Below are positions 28,189 through 37,733 of a stretch of 64,000 nucleotides of DNA, in pieces. The stretch covers positions 902 to 64,901 of the forward strand of contig JAJFUM010000373.1 in the NCBI GenBank assembly GCA_021372415.1. The letters are read 5' to 3'. The position numbers were made by a program, and so were the translations under genes. Source of the stretch: Deltaproteobacteria bacterium. Its GTDB lineage: Bacteria > Desulfobacterota > Syntrophia > Syntrophales > UBA5619. How positions within the stretch are numbered: the first letter of the stretch is position 1; each line of letters opens with the position of its first letter. The notes below the pieces were generated by a model. That model did no database searches. It worked only from the letters and a program-made list of their open reading frames with translations, and had not been told where the DNA came from.

Positions 28189-29613
28189 ATGGAACCGAAC
28201 CGTTTGGACAGACAGGGCCGTGCCGACCTTTCGATGCGGGCGCCGGCCCTCATCGTGGCAACCCTGGCGAACTTCCTGACGCCCTTCATGGGCTCGTCGG
28301 TCAACATCGCCCTTCCGGCGATCGGGGCCGAGTTCGGAGCCGACGCTATCGTTCTGAGCTGGATCCCGACAGCCTTTCTCCTGGCCGCCGCGATGGTCGC
28401 CATCCCTTTCGGCCGGATCGCTGACATTCACGGGATGAAGCGGGTCTTCTTATACGGCGTCCTTCTCTTTACGGCCTCGTCGTTACTGTCGGCCCTGGCC
28501 CCTGCGGCCTCCTGGCTCATCGTCTTTCGCGTCCTCCAGGGGATTGCCGGCGGGATGATCTTCGTCACGGGTCTGGCCATCATCACCTCGGTCTTCCCGC
28601 CCTATGAGCGGGGCCGGGCCATCGGCATCAACATCGGCACCGTCTACATTTCCCTCTCCCTGGGGCCGGTCCTGGGGGGAACCATGACCCACTACCTGGG
28701 GTGGCGGAGCCTTTTTTTCGCCATGGTTCCCCTGGGCGTGACGATCCTGGCCGTCGCCGGCTGGCGGCTCAAGGGCGAATGGGCGGCCAGCCGCGGGGAG
28801 GCCTTCGACTGGAGGGGCTCCCTCATCTACAGCACCGTTCTTCTTACCCTCATGTCCGGGTTTTCGCGGCTCCCCGGCCCGGCGGGGATCGTCCTGATCC
28901 TCCTGGGGCTTGCCGGGTTTGCGGGCTTCATCTGGTTCGAGCTTCGGGCCGAGAGCCCCCTGCTCAACCTCCGGCTCTTCCGCAACCGGACCTTTGCCTT
29001 TTCAAACTTGGCGGCCCTGATCAATTACAGCGCGAACTTTGCCGTGGGTTTTCTGCTGAGCCTTTACCTGCAGTATATCAAGGGGTTCGACGCCCAGTCC
29101 GCCGGGCTGGTCCTGGTCGTCCAACCGGTCGTCCAGGCCTTCTTCGCCCCTGTCGCGGGGCGGCTCTCGGACCGGATCCAGGCCCAGAGGCTCTCCTCGT
29201 TCGGGATGGCCCTCTGCACGGCGGGCCTTTTCATCCTCACCTTCATTACGGCTCAAACGGGGATCGCCATGGTCGGCGGCGCCCTGGTCTTCCTGGGCCT
29301 GGGGTTCGCCTTCTTTTCGCCCCCCAACACGAACGCCATCATGGGGTCCGTGGAGCGGCGCTTCTACGGGGTGGCCTCGGCGATGGTGAGCACGATGCGG
29401 CTCGTCGGCCAGATGCTCAGCATGGGTCTGGCCCTCGTGGTCTTCGCCCTCTTCATCGGGAACGTCCGGATCACGCCGGAGCGCTACCCGGCGCTCCTCG
29501 CGAGCATCCACACGGTCTTCCTCGTCTGCACAGGCCTGTGCTTCCTCGGGATCTTCATCTCCCTGGCCCGTGGGAAGAACCAGAAAACGGAGACCCTCAA
29601 GGGATCTTCATAG
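28189..29613 (+). CDS. MFS transporter, DHA2/EmrB-like (14-TMS drug:H+ antiporter type)
   Basis: 474 aa with about 14 hydrophobic helices. MFS motif GRIADIHGMKRV. GGAGAAAG RBS. Confidence 0.85.
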   Translation: MEPNRLDRQGRADLSMRAPALIVATLANFLTPFMGSSVNIALPAIGAEFGADAIVLSWIPTAFLLAAAMVAIPFGRIADIHGMKRVFLYGVLLFTASSLLSALAPAASWLIVFRVLQGIAGGMIFVTGLAIITSVFPPYERGRAIGINIGTVYISLSLGPVLGGTMTHYLGWRSLFFAMVPLGVTILAVAGWRLKGEWAASRGEAFDWRGSLIYSTVLLTLMSGFSRLPGPAGIVLILLGLAGFAGFIWFELRAESPLLNLRLFRNRTFAFSNLAALINYSANFAVGFLLSLYLQYIKGFDAQSAGLVLVVQPVVQAFFAPVAGRLSDRIQAQRLSSFGMALCTAGLFILTFITAQTGIAMVGGALVFLGLGFAFFSPPNTNAIMGSVERRFYGVASAMVSTMRLVGQMLSMGLALVVFALFIGNVRITPERYPALLASIHTVFLVCTGLCFLGIFISLARGKNQKTETLKGSS

Positions 29614-29660
29614 GGTATTGGATACGGAAGAAATTAAGAGGGGGATTCCGGAGAAGGTCC

Positions 29661-30377
29661 ATGGATATCACGACGAAAAGCGGCCAGCGGATCCGCCAGG
29701 TGATCGGCGGCAGGAGCAACGTCTATCTGCTCACCGCGGGGACACGGGCCCTCCTGATCGACACCGGCAGGACCAGCCGGTTCGGCCGGCTCGTGTCCCG
29801 CCTGGACCGGTTGAAGATCGACCGGATCGATGCGATCCTTTTGACCCACACCCATTTCGACCATGCCGAGAACACGGCCGCCCTGTCAGAGCGCTATGGG
29901 GCGAAGATTGTCGTCCAGGAACAGGAGGCCGGGGCCTTGAAGACCGGTGACAGCCGCCTGCCCAGGGGCTCGATCCTTGTGACCCGATGGCTTATGCCCC
30001 GGATTTCCCCATGGCTCCAGCCCCGGGTCGCCTACCGGCCGGCCAGCCCGTATCTCCTCGTCAGGGAGACCATGGGTCTGCGGGCCCTCGGCTTCGAGGC
30101 GACGGTCCTCCACGCCCCCGGCCATTCCCCAGGGTCAGTGAGCCTGATCGTGGATGATCAGATCGCCCTTGTGGGGGACACCCTCCTGGGCACCCTCCCC
30201 CGTTCGGTCTTCCCGCCCTTTGCGGATGATCCCGTGGAGATGGTCCGCAGCTGGGGGAGGCTCCTCAGGACCGGCTGCACCCTCTTCCTGCCGGGCCACG
30301 GTTGGCCCATCACCCGGGACCGCCTGGAGCGCCAGTACGCAAAGCACCGCCGCGCCATTCCTCTGACGGAACCTTAG
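29661..30377 (+). CDS. MBL-fold metallo-hydrolase
   Basis: THTHFDH (HxHxDH), downstream HAPGHSPG and LPGHG. Start ATG 29661 lies inside a long GC shadow frame. Confidence 0.85.
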   Translation: MDITTKSGQRIRQVIGGRSNVYLLTAGTRALLIDTGRTSRFGRLVSRLDRLKIDRIDAILLTHTHFDHAENTAALSERYGAKIVVQEQEAGALKTGDSRLPRGSILVTRWLMPRISPWLQPRVAYRPASPYLLVRETMGLRALGFEATVLHAPGHSPGSVSLIVDDQIALVGDTLLGTLPRSVFPPFADDPVEMVRSWGRLLRTGCTLFLPGHGWPITRDRLERQYAKHRRAIPLTEP

Positions 30378-30771
30378 CGGTTCCGATCATTTTTGTTTAT
30401 CCGCACAGACCAGCGACACCGCCGCATCCGGAATGTCGTCGAGGTTTTTCCAGTAGTAACTGCGGATTGTACAATCCGTTCCACCGCATTCCCGCAATAG
30501 GCCGGGGTACGGATGATATGACGATACATCGAATTTCGTTGTTCTAGCATGGCAGAGGGGCGCTGGGTGCGGCTCAAAAAAGAAATAGATATAATATCGA
30601 TTGGTTATATGTTTTCCGCCCTGGCCGCTGCCAACCCCGTTGGCAGTTGCTGCCCACCCTCCCGGCAGGCTACGAACAGCGGATGGAGTGGATTTAATAG
30701 TCAAATGGTGGTAGAGAAGCCGCATATTCGTCGTCATGGAACTGGTTCCATCCCACCTTCAGGGGGCAGGC

Positions 30772-31440
30772 ATGACCGATCTTTCCGAAAAGTCCATCCG
30801 GGCCAACTGTCCACATTGCAATCATCACTCCTTTGCACTGAACCATGTGCTGAAAACGACGGAGAACTTTCTGGTGGTCTGTGACGGCCATCCCCTTACC
30901 CAGGGACACATCCTGATCATTCCCAAGGCGCACCTCTCCTGTATCGGTGAATACGCTCCTAACCTGCTCGGCGAATTCGTCGGTCTCTACCAGCGGACGA
31001 AACGGTTCATTGAGTCTGTTTACGGTTCCGTGAGCACCTTTGAACACGGGATCGTCGGCCAGACGGTCTTTCATTCCCACATCCAGATGTTCCCCTATGC
31101 CGGACCGCCTGAGGCGATCATCCCTGAGGGGGATCGGTGCTTCGAACCGATTCCGGATATCTCCGCGCTGAGGGGGATTTATAAAAGAGACGGCCGATAC
31201 CTGTTTTTCTCCATCGGTCGGGCTCTTTGGATCGCGGACCCTTCGATCGGTGTCCCGGGGTTCTTTCGGGAACGGTTCGGAAAGGCGCTTGGGAACGAAG
31301 TCCGGTCCGACTGGAAACGGATGCACGATAACGAGGCATTGATGGAAGAGGGGCGGGCGGACATCGGGCGCCTGGTCCGGGCGTGGCAAGCCTATCACCG
31401 GAATCCCCATCTGCCACAGGAAGACCGGCTTCGTTCTTGA
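30772..31440 (+). CDS. HIT-family nucleotide hydrolase/transferase with about 100-aa C-terminal extension
   Basis: CPHC near the N-terminus, GHILIIPKAH, histidine triad HSHIQMFPY. Confidence 0.8.
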   Translation: MTDLSEKSIRANCPHCNHHSFALNHVLKTTENFLVVCDGHPLTQGHILIIPKAHLSCIGEYAPNLLGEFVGLYQRTKRFIESVYGSVSTFEHGIVGQTVFHSHIQMFPYAGPPEAIIPEGDRCFEPIPDISALRGIYKRDGRYLFFSIGRALWIADPSIGVPGFFRERFGKALGNEVRSDWKRMHDNEALMEEGRADIGRLVRAWQAYHRNPHLPQEDRLRS

Positions 31441-31468
31441 TTGTGATAGGGCTGTCGGAAGGGGAAAG

Positions 31469-32425
31469 ATGAGTCCAACAGGAAGTAGGATACCGATCCG
31501 GAGGCCGAAATCGTGGGGGACCCGGATATCGGCCAGCGGCCAGCGGCTGTCGGGTGCCCGGAATGCAGTCGGGACAAGAAAGGCACCGACCGGGCGAAGG
31601 CCGAACCCTGCCCGGATCGGCGAGGCCGCCGGGAAGAAGGCCGCCCGCTCCCGGTGGCTGTGGGCCGCCGGCGGGCTCGCCCTGGCCCTGGTGATCGCCG
31701 GGCTGGTGTTCCTGCCGGTCCAAAAGGACGGGACTCCGACGACGCCTGTCTCTGTCCCCGGGGTTGCGGGAAGCGCGGGGGCTCCGGGTCCCCTGCCCCG
31801 GTCTCCGGCGGCCCCTGGCCCTTCGCCGGGCGTTGCAGCGCCGGAGGCACCGCTCGCCTTCATCGAGGCCGTTCGCCTGGTGCCCCAGCAGCCCACCCGG
31901 AAGGACAACCTGAGGGTGGAGGTAATCCTTGCTCCGGGGGCACCGCAGAAACTCGCCTTCACCTATCGGTGGAGGGTCAATGACCGGATCGTCGATGCGG
32001 CCAAGGGGGATACCCTGAGCCTTTCGGGGCTCAAGAAGCAGGACCGCATCAGCGTCGCCGTGACGCCCCGTGAAGGAGAAAACGCCGGATTCACGGTCGA
32101 AAGCGCCCTGGTTGCCATCCACAGCATCGCCCCGTCCCTGGAGATGGAGATCATCAGCCCGTCGAGCAAGGTCGGAGCGCCCATCGAGCTGCAGCTTCTC
32201 AGCGCAGCGCCGGACAGCGTAGCGGTCACCTTCGCCCTGGAGCCTCCCCTTCTTCCGGGCATGGTCCTCGATCGCCCCTCCGGGAAGATTTCCTGGAACC
32301 GCCCGCCGGACGTGAAGGGTCCCTTCCGATTCGGTGCTTCCGTGACGGATGACAGCGGAACCAGGGTCGCCAGAGTTTTCGAGATCGACGTCAAAGAACC
32401 CGTCTCCGAAAATACAATCCCCTGA
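31469..32425 (+). CDS. membrane-anchored protein with basic N-terminus, Pro-rich linker and beta-rich (Ig-like) extracytoplasmic domains
   Basis: GGAAGGGGAAAG RBS. One TM helix (WLWAAGGLALALVIAGLVFL), a PGxxG/P-rich linker, then two beta-strand-like repeats. No catalytic motif. Confidence 0.55.
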   Translation: MSPTGSRIPIRRPKSWGTRISASGQRLSGARNAVGTRKAPTGRRPNPARIGEAAGKKAARSRWLWAAGGLALALVIAGLVFLPVQKDGTPTTPVSVPGVAGSAGAPGPLPRSPAAPGPSPGVAAPEAPLAFIEAVRLVPQQPTRKDNLRVEVILAPGAPQKLAFTYRWRVNDRIVDAAKGDTLSLSGLKKQDRISVAVTPREGENAGFTVESALVAIHSIAPSLEMEIISPSSKVGAPIELQLLSAAPDSVAVTFALEPPLLPGMVLDRPSGKISWNRPPDVKGPFRFGASVTDDSGTRVARVFEIDVKEPVSENTIP

Positions 32426-32458
32426 AAAGGGTTTCGCCGTCGGTGGCCGCAGCCGGGT

Positions 32459-33250
32459 CTAGCCCAGGAGTTCGCCCCGGGTGGAAACCGTCGCGACCTT
32501 GAAGGGGATCTGCTTTCCCGAGAGGGCCATTGCGTTCTTCACGATGACCGGCATTCCCTGGCAGCAGGGGACCTCCATCACGGCAACCGTGACGCTCTGG
32601 ATTTCCGCCTGGGCGAAGATGGCGGCCAGCTTCTGGACGTAGGCCTCGGCGTCGTCGAATTTAGGGCAGCCCATGAGGAGGATCTTTCCCCTCAAGAGGT
32701 CGTCGTGGAATCGGTGGTAGGCCCCTGGAACACAGTCCGAGGCGACCAGGAGGTCCGCCCCCTTCAGGAAGGGCGCTGTCGGCGGGACCAGGTGGATCTG
32801 GATCGGCCAGTGGGTCAGGGCCGAGACGCCCGAGGCGGGCCGGGAGACGGGGGTGTTGGCCCGATCGCAGGCCGTCTGGGGCTTGAAGGTCTGGATCACC
32901 GAAGAAGGACAGCCGCAGGGGAGGGCCTTTCCGGCATGGGTCGCGGCCCCGGTCTCCGGTGCCGAGGCATGGCCGGCGTGGCCTTTTCCCGTATGGACGT
33001 GGCCGGTCGCCCGGACGTGCGCCATGGCGGCCACCTCGTCGAAGGCCTCGGCCTCGGCGTCCACGACCAGGAGAGCCCCCTCCGGGCATTCGCCCAGGCA
33101 GGCCCCCAGGCCGTCACAGTATTTCTCCGCCACGAGCCGCGCCTTGTCGTCAATGACCTGGATTGCTCCCTCGGCGCATGAGGGGACGCACAGGCCGCAG
33201 CCGTTGCACTTCTCCTCGTCTATTTTGATGATCTTCCGGGTGGTCTTCAT
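32459..33250 (-). CDS. 4Fe-4S dicluster protein with C-terminal Cys-rich domain (FrdX-like)
   Basis: AGGAGG RBS. CNGCGLCVPSC and CDGLGACLGEC ferredoxin motifs, with further Cys (MGCPKF, VPCCQG). Confidence 0.85.
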   Translation of the reverse strand: MKTTRKIIKIDEEKCNGCGLCVPSCAEGAIQVIDDKARLVAEKYCDGLGACLGECPEGALLVVDAEAEAFDEVAAMAHVRATGHVHTGKGHAGHASAPETGAATHAGKALPCGCPSSVIQTFKPQTACDRANTPVSRPASGVSALTHWPIQIHLVPPTAPFLKGADLLVASDCVPGAYHRFHDDLLRGKILLMGCPKFDDAEAYVQKLAAIFAQAEIQSVTVAVMEVPCCQGMPVIVKNAMALSGKQIPFKVATVSTRGELLG

Positions 33251-33352
33251 ATCTGCCTCCTTTTTTTATCTGGTCCTCATTTCTGTTGCCGCCCAGGGGC
33301 GGCCTCTTCGTTCCTTACAGCCCCCTTATCCCACGGTCCGATAAAAACCGCT

Positions 33353-33366
33353 TTGACATAAGTCAA
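33353..33366. promoter_or_regulatory. CRP/FNR-family type palindrome TTGAC-ATAA-GTCAA
   Basis: Perfect 5+4+5 inverted repeat in the divergent intergenic region between the 4Fe-4S gene and the Crp/Fnr gene. One mismatch per half-site to the FNR consensus TTGAT-N4-ATCAA. Confidence 0.55.
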
Positions 33367-33403
33367 CCAAATGTGTAGTTTATTACATACTTGGGAGGGC
33401 ACG

Positions 33404-34081
33404 ATGATCGATGTGGCCGGACAACTCGCCGGGATCCCCCTTTTCGCCGGTCTTTCGAAGGAACAGGTCGCGGCCCTGGCCCGGATCGGCGTGAGGCGGG
33501 CCTGCAAGAAGGGGGAGCAGCTCTTCGCCGAGGGGGACGAGGGGAGTGGCTTCTATGTGGTCCTGACGGGCCGCGTGAAGATCTCCAAGGTCTCCCCTGA
33601 GGGGAAAGAGCAGATCCTTCACATGGTCGGTCCCGGGGAGCCCTTTGGGGAGGTCCCGGTCTTCACCGGCCAGGGATTCCCGGCGGACGCTACCGCCGCT
33701 GCCCAGTCGACCGTCCTCTTCTTCCCGCGGGTCGCCTTTGTCAGCCTGATCAAGCGGGACCCGACCCTCGCCCTCAACATGCTGGCCCAGCTCTCGCGGC
33801 GCCTGCGTCAGTTCACGGGTCTCGTCGAGGACCTCTCACTCAAGGAGGTGCCCGGGAGGCTCGCCAAGTACCTCCTCTACCTGGTGGACCGCGACGGCCA
33901 AGGCGCGGTGGAGCTGGACATCTCCAAGGGTCAGCTCGCTTCGCTCCTGGGGACGATCCCCGAGACCCTTTCGCGGATACTCGCCAGGCTCGACCGGGAG
34001 GGGCTGATCCGTTCGAAGGGAAAGCAGATCCGGATCGTGGACCGGGAGGGCCTTCAACGGATCGCCCAGGAGGGACGATAA
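33404..34081 (+). CDS. Crp/Fnr-family transcriptional regulator
   Basis: cNMP-binding fold (GEQLFAEGDEGSGFYVVLTGRVKI) and C-terminal HTH (GQLASLLGTIPETLSRILARL). GGGAGGG RBS before ATG 33404. Confidence 0.9.
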   Translation: MIDVAGQLAGIPLFAGLSKEQVAALARIGVRRACKKGEQLFAEGDEGSGFYVVLTGRVKISKVSPEGKEQILHMVGPGEPFGEVPVFTGQGFPADATAAAQSTVLFFPRVAFVSLIKRDPTLALNMLAQLSRRLRQFTGLVEDLSLKEVPGRLAKYLLYLVDRDGQGAVELDISKGQLASLLGTIPETLSRILARLDREGLIRSKGKQIRIVDREGLQRIAQEGR

Positions 34082-34133
34082 CGGTACCGGACGGGGTCGT
34101 TCCCCGTTAATTCCTATAGAGGTTCTGAAGGCT

Positions 34134-34790
34134 ATGGAAATCGTGGATTTGAAGAGCAGGGAAGTTTCCGGTCAGGGGGGACGGGGCATCTCGGTTATCG
34201 CCGAGGAACCCCACCTCACGATCCGGCAACTCCGCCTGGACTCCGGCAGCGAGGTGCCAGAACACGTCACAGACGCCCCGGTGACGATCCAGGTCCTTCG
34301 CGGCGAGGGGGTCTTTACCGAGAACGGCCAGAGCTTCCGGGTCGGGCCGGGCAAACTGCTGCGCATCGCCCGGGGCGTGTCGATGGGCATTGCGAACGCA
34401 TCGGCGGAACCGCTGGTCCTCCTGGCCATCCGGACGCCGCTCCCCGAGAAGGCCGTGCCGGAATCCTCCTTGGACGGCTGGGAAGGGTGCTTCGTCAACC
34501 TCATCGAATTCGCCCCGGTGAAACCGGGGAAGGAGGACGTCTTTGTGGAGTGGTTCAGCCGTTCCAGCGAGGTCTTCGCCCGTCACCGCGGGTTCATTTC
34601 CCGGAGCCTCCTCGAGCCGATCGAGGGCGGGAGCCGCTACGCCGCGATCGTCGAGCACGAGTCCAAGGAGACCTTCACGGACATGCACCTGAGCGACGAC
34701 CGCCAGCGTCTCTTCCGGGAGGCGGAGCCTCTGGTCATGGGGACGTCCAAACCCCACTTCTACCGGCTGCGCCTCGCCTTCCGCAAATAG
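34134..34790 (+). CDS. cupin domain fused to ABM (antibiotic-biosynthesis-monooxygenase-like) domain
   Basis: N-terminal cupin pattern (GSEVPEHVTDAPVTIQVLRGEGVF...G). C-terminal ferredoxin-like ABM pattern (FVNLIEFAPVKPGKEDVFVEWF...AAIVEHESKETF). Confidence 0.65.
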   Translation: MEIVDLKSREVSGQGGRGISVIAEEPHLTIRQLRLDSGSEVPEHVTDAPVTIQVLRGEGVFTENGQSFRVGPGKLLRIARGVSMGIANASAEPLVLLAIRTPLPEKAVPESSLDGWEGCFVNLIEFAPVKPGKEDVFVEWFSRSSEVFARHRGFISRSLLEPIEGGSRYAAIVEHESKETFTDMHLSDDRQRLFREAEPLVMGTSKPHFYRLRLAFRK

Positions 34791-34867
34791 CGGGGCCAGT
34801 CCTGGAGGCCCGGCGGACCGAAGGGCGGGTGAAGCACGGTCAGGTTGAGTGCAGAAAGGAGAAGGCC

Positions 34868-35422
34868 ATGAAACCGATCGGTCCGTTGATGCGGGAACAC
34901 CGTTTGATCGAGAAGATGCTGGCCCTGGTCGGTAAGGAGGTGGAGCGGGCCCACAGGCTCCAGAAGGTCGATCCCGTCTTCGTCGACACGGCCGTCGATT
35001 TCATCCGGACTTACGCCGACCGGACGCACCACGGCAAGGAAGAGGACATCCTCTTTCGGGACTTGGCGAAAAAGCCAATGAGCGCCGAGCATGCGAGGAT
35101 CGTCGCGGAGCTTGTCGAGGAGCACCGGTACGCCCGAAAGACGGTCGGCCGCCTGGTGGACGCCAAGGAACGGTACCTGAAAGGTGAGCCGACGCTGACC
35201 GAGGTCGTGGGCGCCCTGGAGGAGTTGACCGTCTTCTATCCCCGCCACATCGAGAAGGAGGACAAGCACTTCTTCTACCCGATTCTGGAGTATTTCAGCC
35301 CTGCGGAGCAGGACGCCATGATGCAGGAATTCTGGGAGTTCGACCGGAGGATGATCCACGAGAAGTACGGCAAGCTTGTCGAGAAATTGGCTGGGACGGA
35401 GCGCCATCGGGAGCCCCTATGA
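34868..35422 (+). CDS. hemerythrin (HHE cation-binding) domain protein
   Basis: MREHRLIEKM, RTHHGKEEDILF, VEEHRY, HIEKEDKHFF iron-ligand motifs. Start lies inside a longer shadow frame. Confidence 0.85.
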   Translation: MKPIGPLMREHRLIEKMLALVGKEVERAHRLQKVDPVFVDTAVDFIRTYADRTHHGKEEDILFRDLAKKPMSAEHARIVAELVEEHRYARKTVGRLVDAKERYLKGEPTLTEVVGALEELTVFYPRHIEKEDKHFFYPILEYFSPAEQDAMMQEFWEFDRRMIHEKYGKLVEKLAGTERHREPL

Positions 35423-35455
35423 CTGTGGCGGGGCGTAGCAGCTAAGTTATTAACC

Positions 35456-35484
35456 TTGACATGCAAGGGCTCTCACTTTATATT
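35456..35484 (+). promoter_or_regulatory. sigma70 consensus-like promoter TTGACA-N17-TATATT
   Basis: Exact -35 hexamer, 17-nt spacer and near-consensus -10, at the left edge of the low-GC island. About 165-nt leader to ATG 35648. Confidence 0.5.
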
Positions 35485-35647
35485 TCACTCGCATTTCGTC
35501 CCTTTCCAAACGCGTTCCTTCCCCTTAATACAGGTATGGGAAAGAATCGTCCTCCATAGTAAAAGTATCGGCAAACCCCGTGGAGTGTTTCGTAAAGTAA
35601 AATGCCCCGGCGCCTGATGTTCAAAGCCGGTCGAACGAAATTCAATC

Positions 35648-36526
35648 ATGAATGATGAAACTGAAGAGTTGAATAAGAGACAGTGGCAGGATTTTTTTCA
35701 GGGATATTCCGCTGATTGGAACCATCTGTATGAAGGGACGAGTTACGATTCTTATGGAAAACGATTTCGTGCAAAATATGCCATGGATTTTGTGGACAAA
35801 TATATTTCATCCGGCAAAAGAGTTCTCGATATCGGATGCGGAACCGGATGGGTATCCTGTGCCCTTGCCCGTAAAGGGTATGAGGTGACGGGGGTTGATT
35901 TTTCGGCAAAGATGCTTGAGGTTGCCGATAAGAATGCCCATCAGATGGGGGTTGATTCACGATGCTCTTTCATATTGGGAGAAATTGATAAGCTAAAAAT
36001 AAAAGAAAACCAGTTTGATGCAATCATAGCCCTGGGGTATTTGGAGTATATTTTAGACCCCCAACCCGTTGTCAGCGAAATGTACAGATTGCTGGCCCCG
36101 TCAGGAATTGTGGTGGCTCAGATATGGAATCGCATCCGGATGGTTCAGCTGTTTAATTTCAAAGAAGGCCCGGGACGGATAGCGAATCCCCATGGGGTAT
36201 ACTTAAAAATACTTAAATGGATTCAGATGGTTCGTAAATCTGATGTCGGCCATCCGGTTTCTTCTGGACTTAAGCAGCCAGGGTTAATGAGAAAGTGGTA
36301 CACCCCATCGATGCTTGACAGAACGATGCACCAAGCCGGTTTTTTGAAACATGAGCATAGGGGGCATCTTTTTAGCGGGTTCAAGTATGGGGATCGACTT
36401 ATTTTTTCAGATAAAACCACCATACTTTTAGAGAATGGGCTGGTTCGGTTGAGTCAACTCATTTTATTTAAAAAAATGCAATTGCTGGGCGAAAATTATA
36501 TTGCCGTATACCATCGTCCCAAGTGA
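35648..36526 (+). CDS. class I SAM-dependent methyltransferase
   Basis: Motif I VLDIGCGTGWVS with acidic post-I GVDFS. Lies in low-GC DNA. Confidence 0.85.
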   Translation: MNDETEELNKRQWQDFFQGYSADWNHLYEGTSYDSYGKRFRAKYAMDFVDKYISSGKRVLDIGCGTGWVSCALARKGYEVTGVDFSAKMLEVADKNAHQMGVDSRCSFILGEIDKLKIKENQFDAIIALGYLEYILDPQPVVSEMYRLLAPSGIVVAQIWNRIRMVQLFNFKEGPGRIANPHGVYLKILKWIQMVRKSDVGHPVSSGLKQPGLMRKWYTPSMLDRTMHQAGFLKHEHRGHLFSGFKYGDRLIFSDKTTILLENGLVRLSQLILFKKMQLLGENYIAVYHRPK

Positions 36527-36692
36527 AAGTTATGGATTGACCATTAAGGTTGGTAGGTATAAGAAGCATAAATCAGCAACTCCTTTTTTGTAAATCCAAT
36601 ATCGAGAACCCCTACAAAGCAGATAGCGTAGCCCCTGGGAATATTGGCAATCTTCATTCTGAAGCGACCTGTTCAGGTTTATGGGGGACAAG

Positions 36693-37733
36693 ATGAAAAA
36701 GGTAAGAACGACCATCAAATCTGCATTAAAGAGGACTCAGCTGTTTAAGCTTCTTGCTCCTTGGTATTCTGGCAGCGGAAGCATTTTAATGTTCCACCGG
36801 ATTTGTAGAAAAGAAGAAAAATCTTTTTTCTTGAACAATTCTGCCCTTGAAATCACTCCGGAATATCTCGAGGCGATCATTCTCTCTTTTAAAAAGAGGG
36901 GGTATGTTTTTGTGCCTATAGGGGATGTTCCGCGGATTTTAAATATCCACCAAAAGCAGAAGTTTGTTGTTTTCACTTTTGATGACGGATACTTGGATAC
37001 TTATGCTTTGGCATATCCCATTTTTCGCAAGTATAAGGTTCCATTCACCATCTATGTCACGACGTCCTTTCCAGATGGTGATGCCGTGTTATGGTGGTAT
37101 ATGCTGGATGCGCTTGTGATACAAAATAGAACGGTCGAATTTGATCTTGATGGAACGCATTATGGCTTTAATTGCTGCGACAATCAAAGCAAAGAGATGA
37201 CATTTATGGCAATTCAAAAAATTATTCAAAGCAGTAATCCTTCCCATTTTTCGAACGTCGTAGAGGCTGTGTTTGCAAAAAATGGAATCGATCGGCGGGC
37301 GACATCCGACAGGTTTGCAATCGGTTGGGAGAGTCTCATCGCAATGTCGAAAGACAAACTAGTAACGATCGGCGCACATACGGTGAACCATTTCTCGCTG
37401 AAAAATCTTTCAGAAGAAGAATTGAATAGCGAATTGCTGCTTTCGAAAAACAGAATAGAATCTAAAATCGATTTGCCGGTAAAGGCATTTTCGTATCCCT
37501 TTGGCGGAATAAACGAGGCGGGTTTAAGAGAGTTTGATGCTGTAAAAAGGGCGGGTTTTGAAACAGGGGTCACAACGAGACAGACAAATGTATTCAAGCA
37601 GCATAAATCCTATCTCACGTCGTTACCCAGAATAAATATTGATGGAAATATTGAGAGTTTTGCGAAGATTGAGTATGAATCAGGGTTTCTTCCGTTCTAC
37701 CGGGCGGGGTGTAAGGGGTTTGTGGCGGACTGA
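36693..37733 (+). CDS. polysaccharide deacetylase (NodB/CE4) family protein
   Basis: FTFDDGYLDTY, HTVNH, YPFG motifs. GGGGGA RBS before ATG 36693. Lies in low-GC DNA. Confidence 0.85.
   Translation: MKKVRTTIKSALKRTQLFKLLAPWYSGSGSILMFHRICRKEEKSFFLNNSALEITPEYLEAIILSFKKRGYVFVPIGDVPRILNIHQKQKFVVFTFDDGYLDTYALAYPIFRKYKVPFTIYVTTSFPDGDAVLWWYMLDALVIQNRTVEFDLDGTHYGFNCCDNQSKEMTFMAIQKIIQSSNPSHFSNVVEAVFAKNGIDRRATSDRFAIGWESLIAMSKDKLVTIGAHTVNHFSLKNLSEEELNSELLLSKNRIESKIDLPVKAFSYPFGGINEAGLREFDAVKRAGFETGVTTRQTNVFKQHKSYLTSLPRINIDGNIESFAKIEYESGFLPFYRAGCKGFVAD

Noticed and set aside
30387-30737. 116-aa minus-strand ORF in the MBL/HIT intergenic gap.
   Set aside because: It has no RBS and an odd composition (Tyr/His/Pro-rich). 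It overlaps the HIT start and spans the palindromes and promoter-like AT tracts. It is more likely non-coding.
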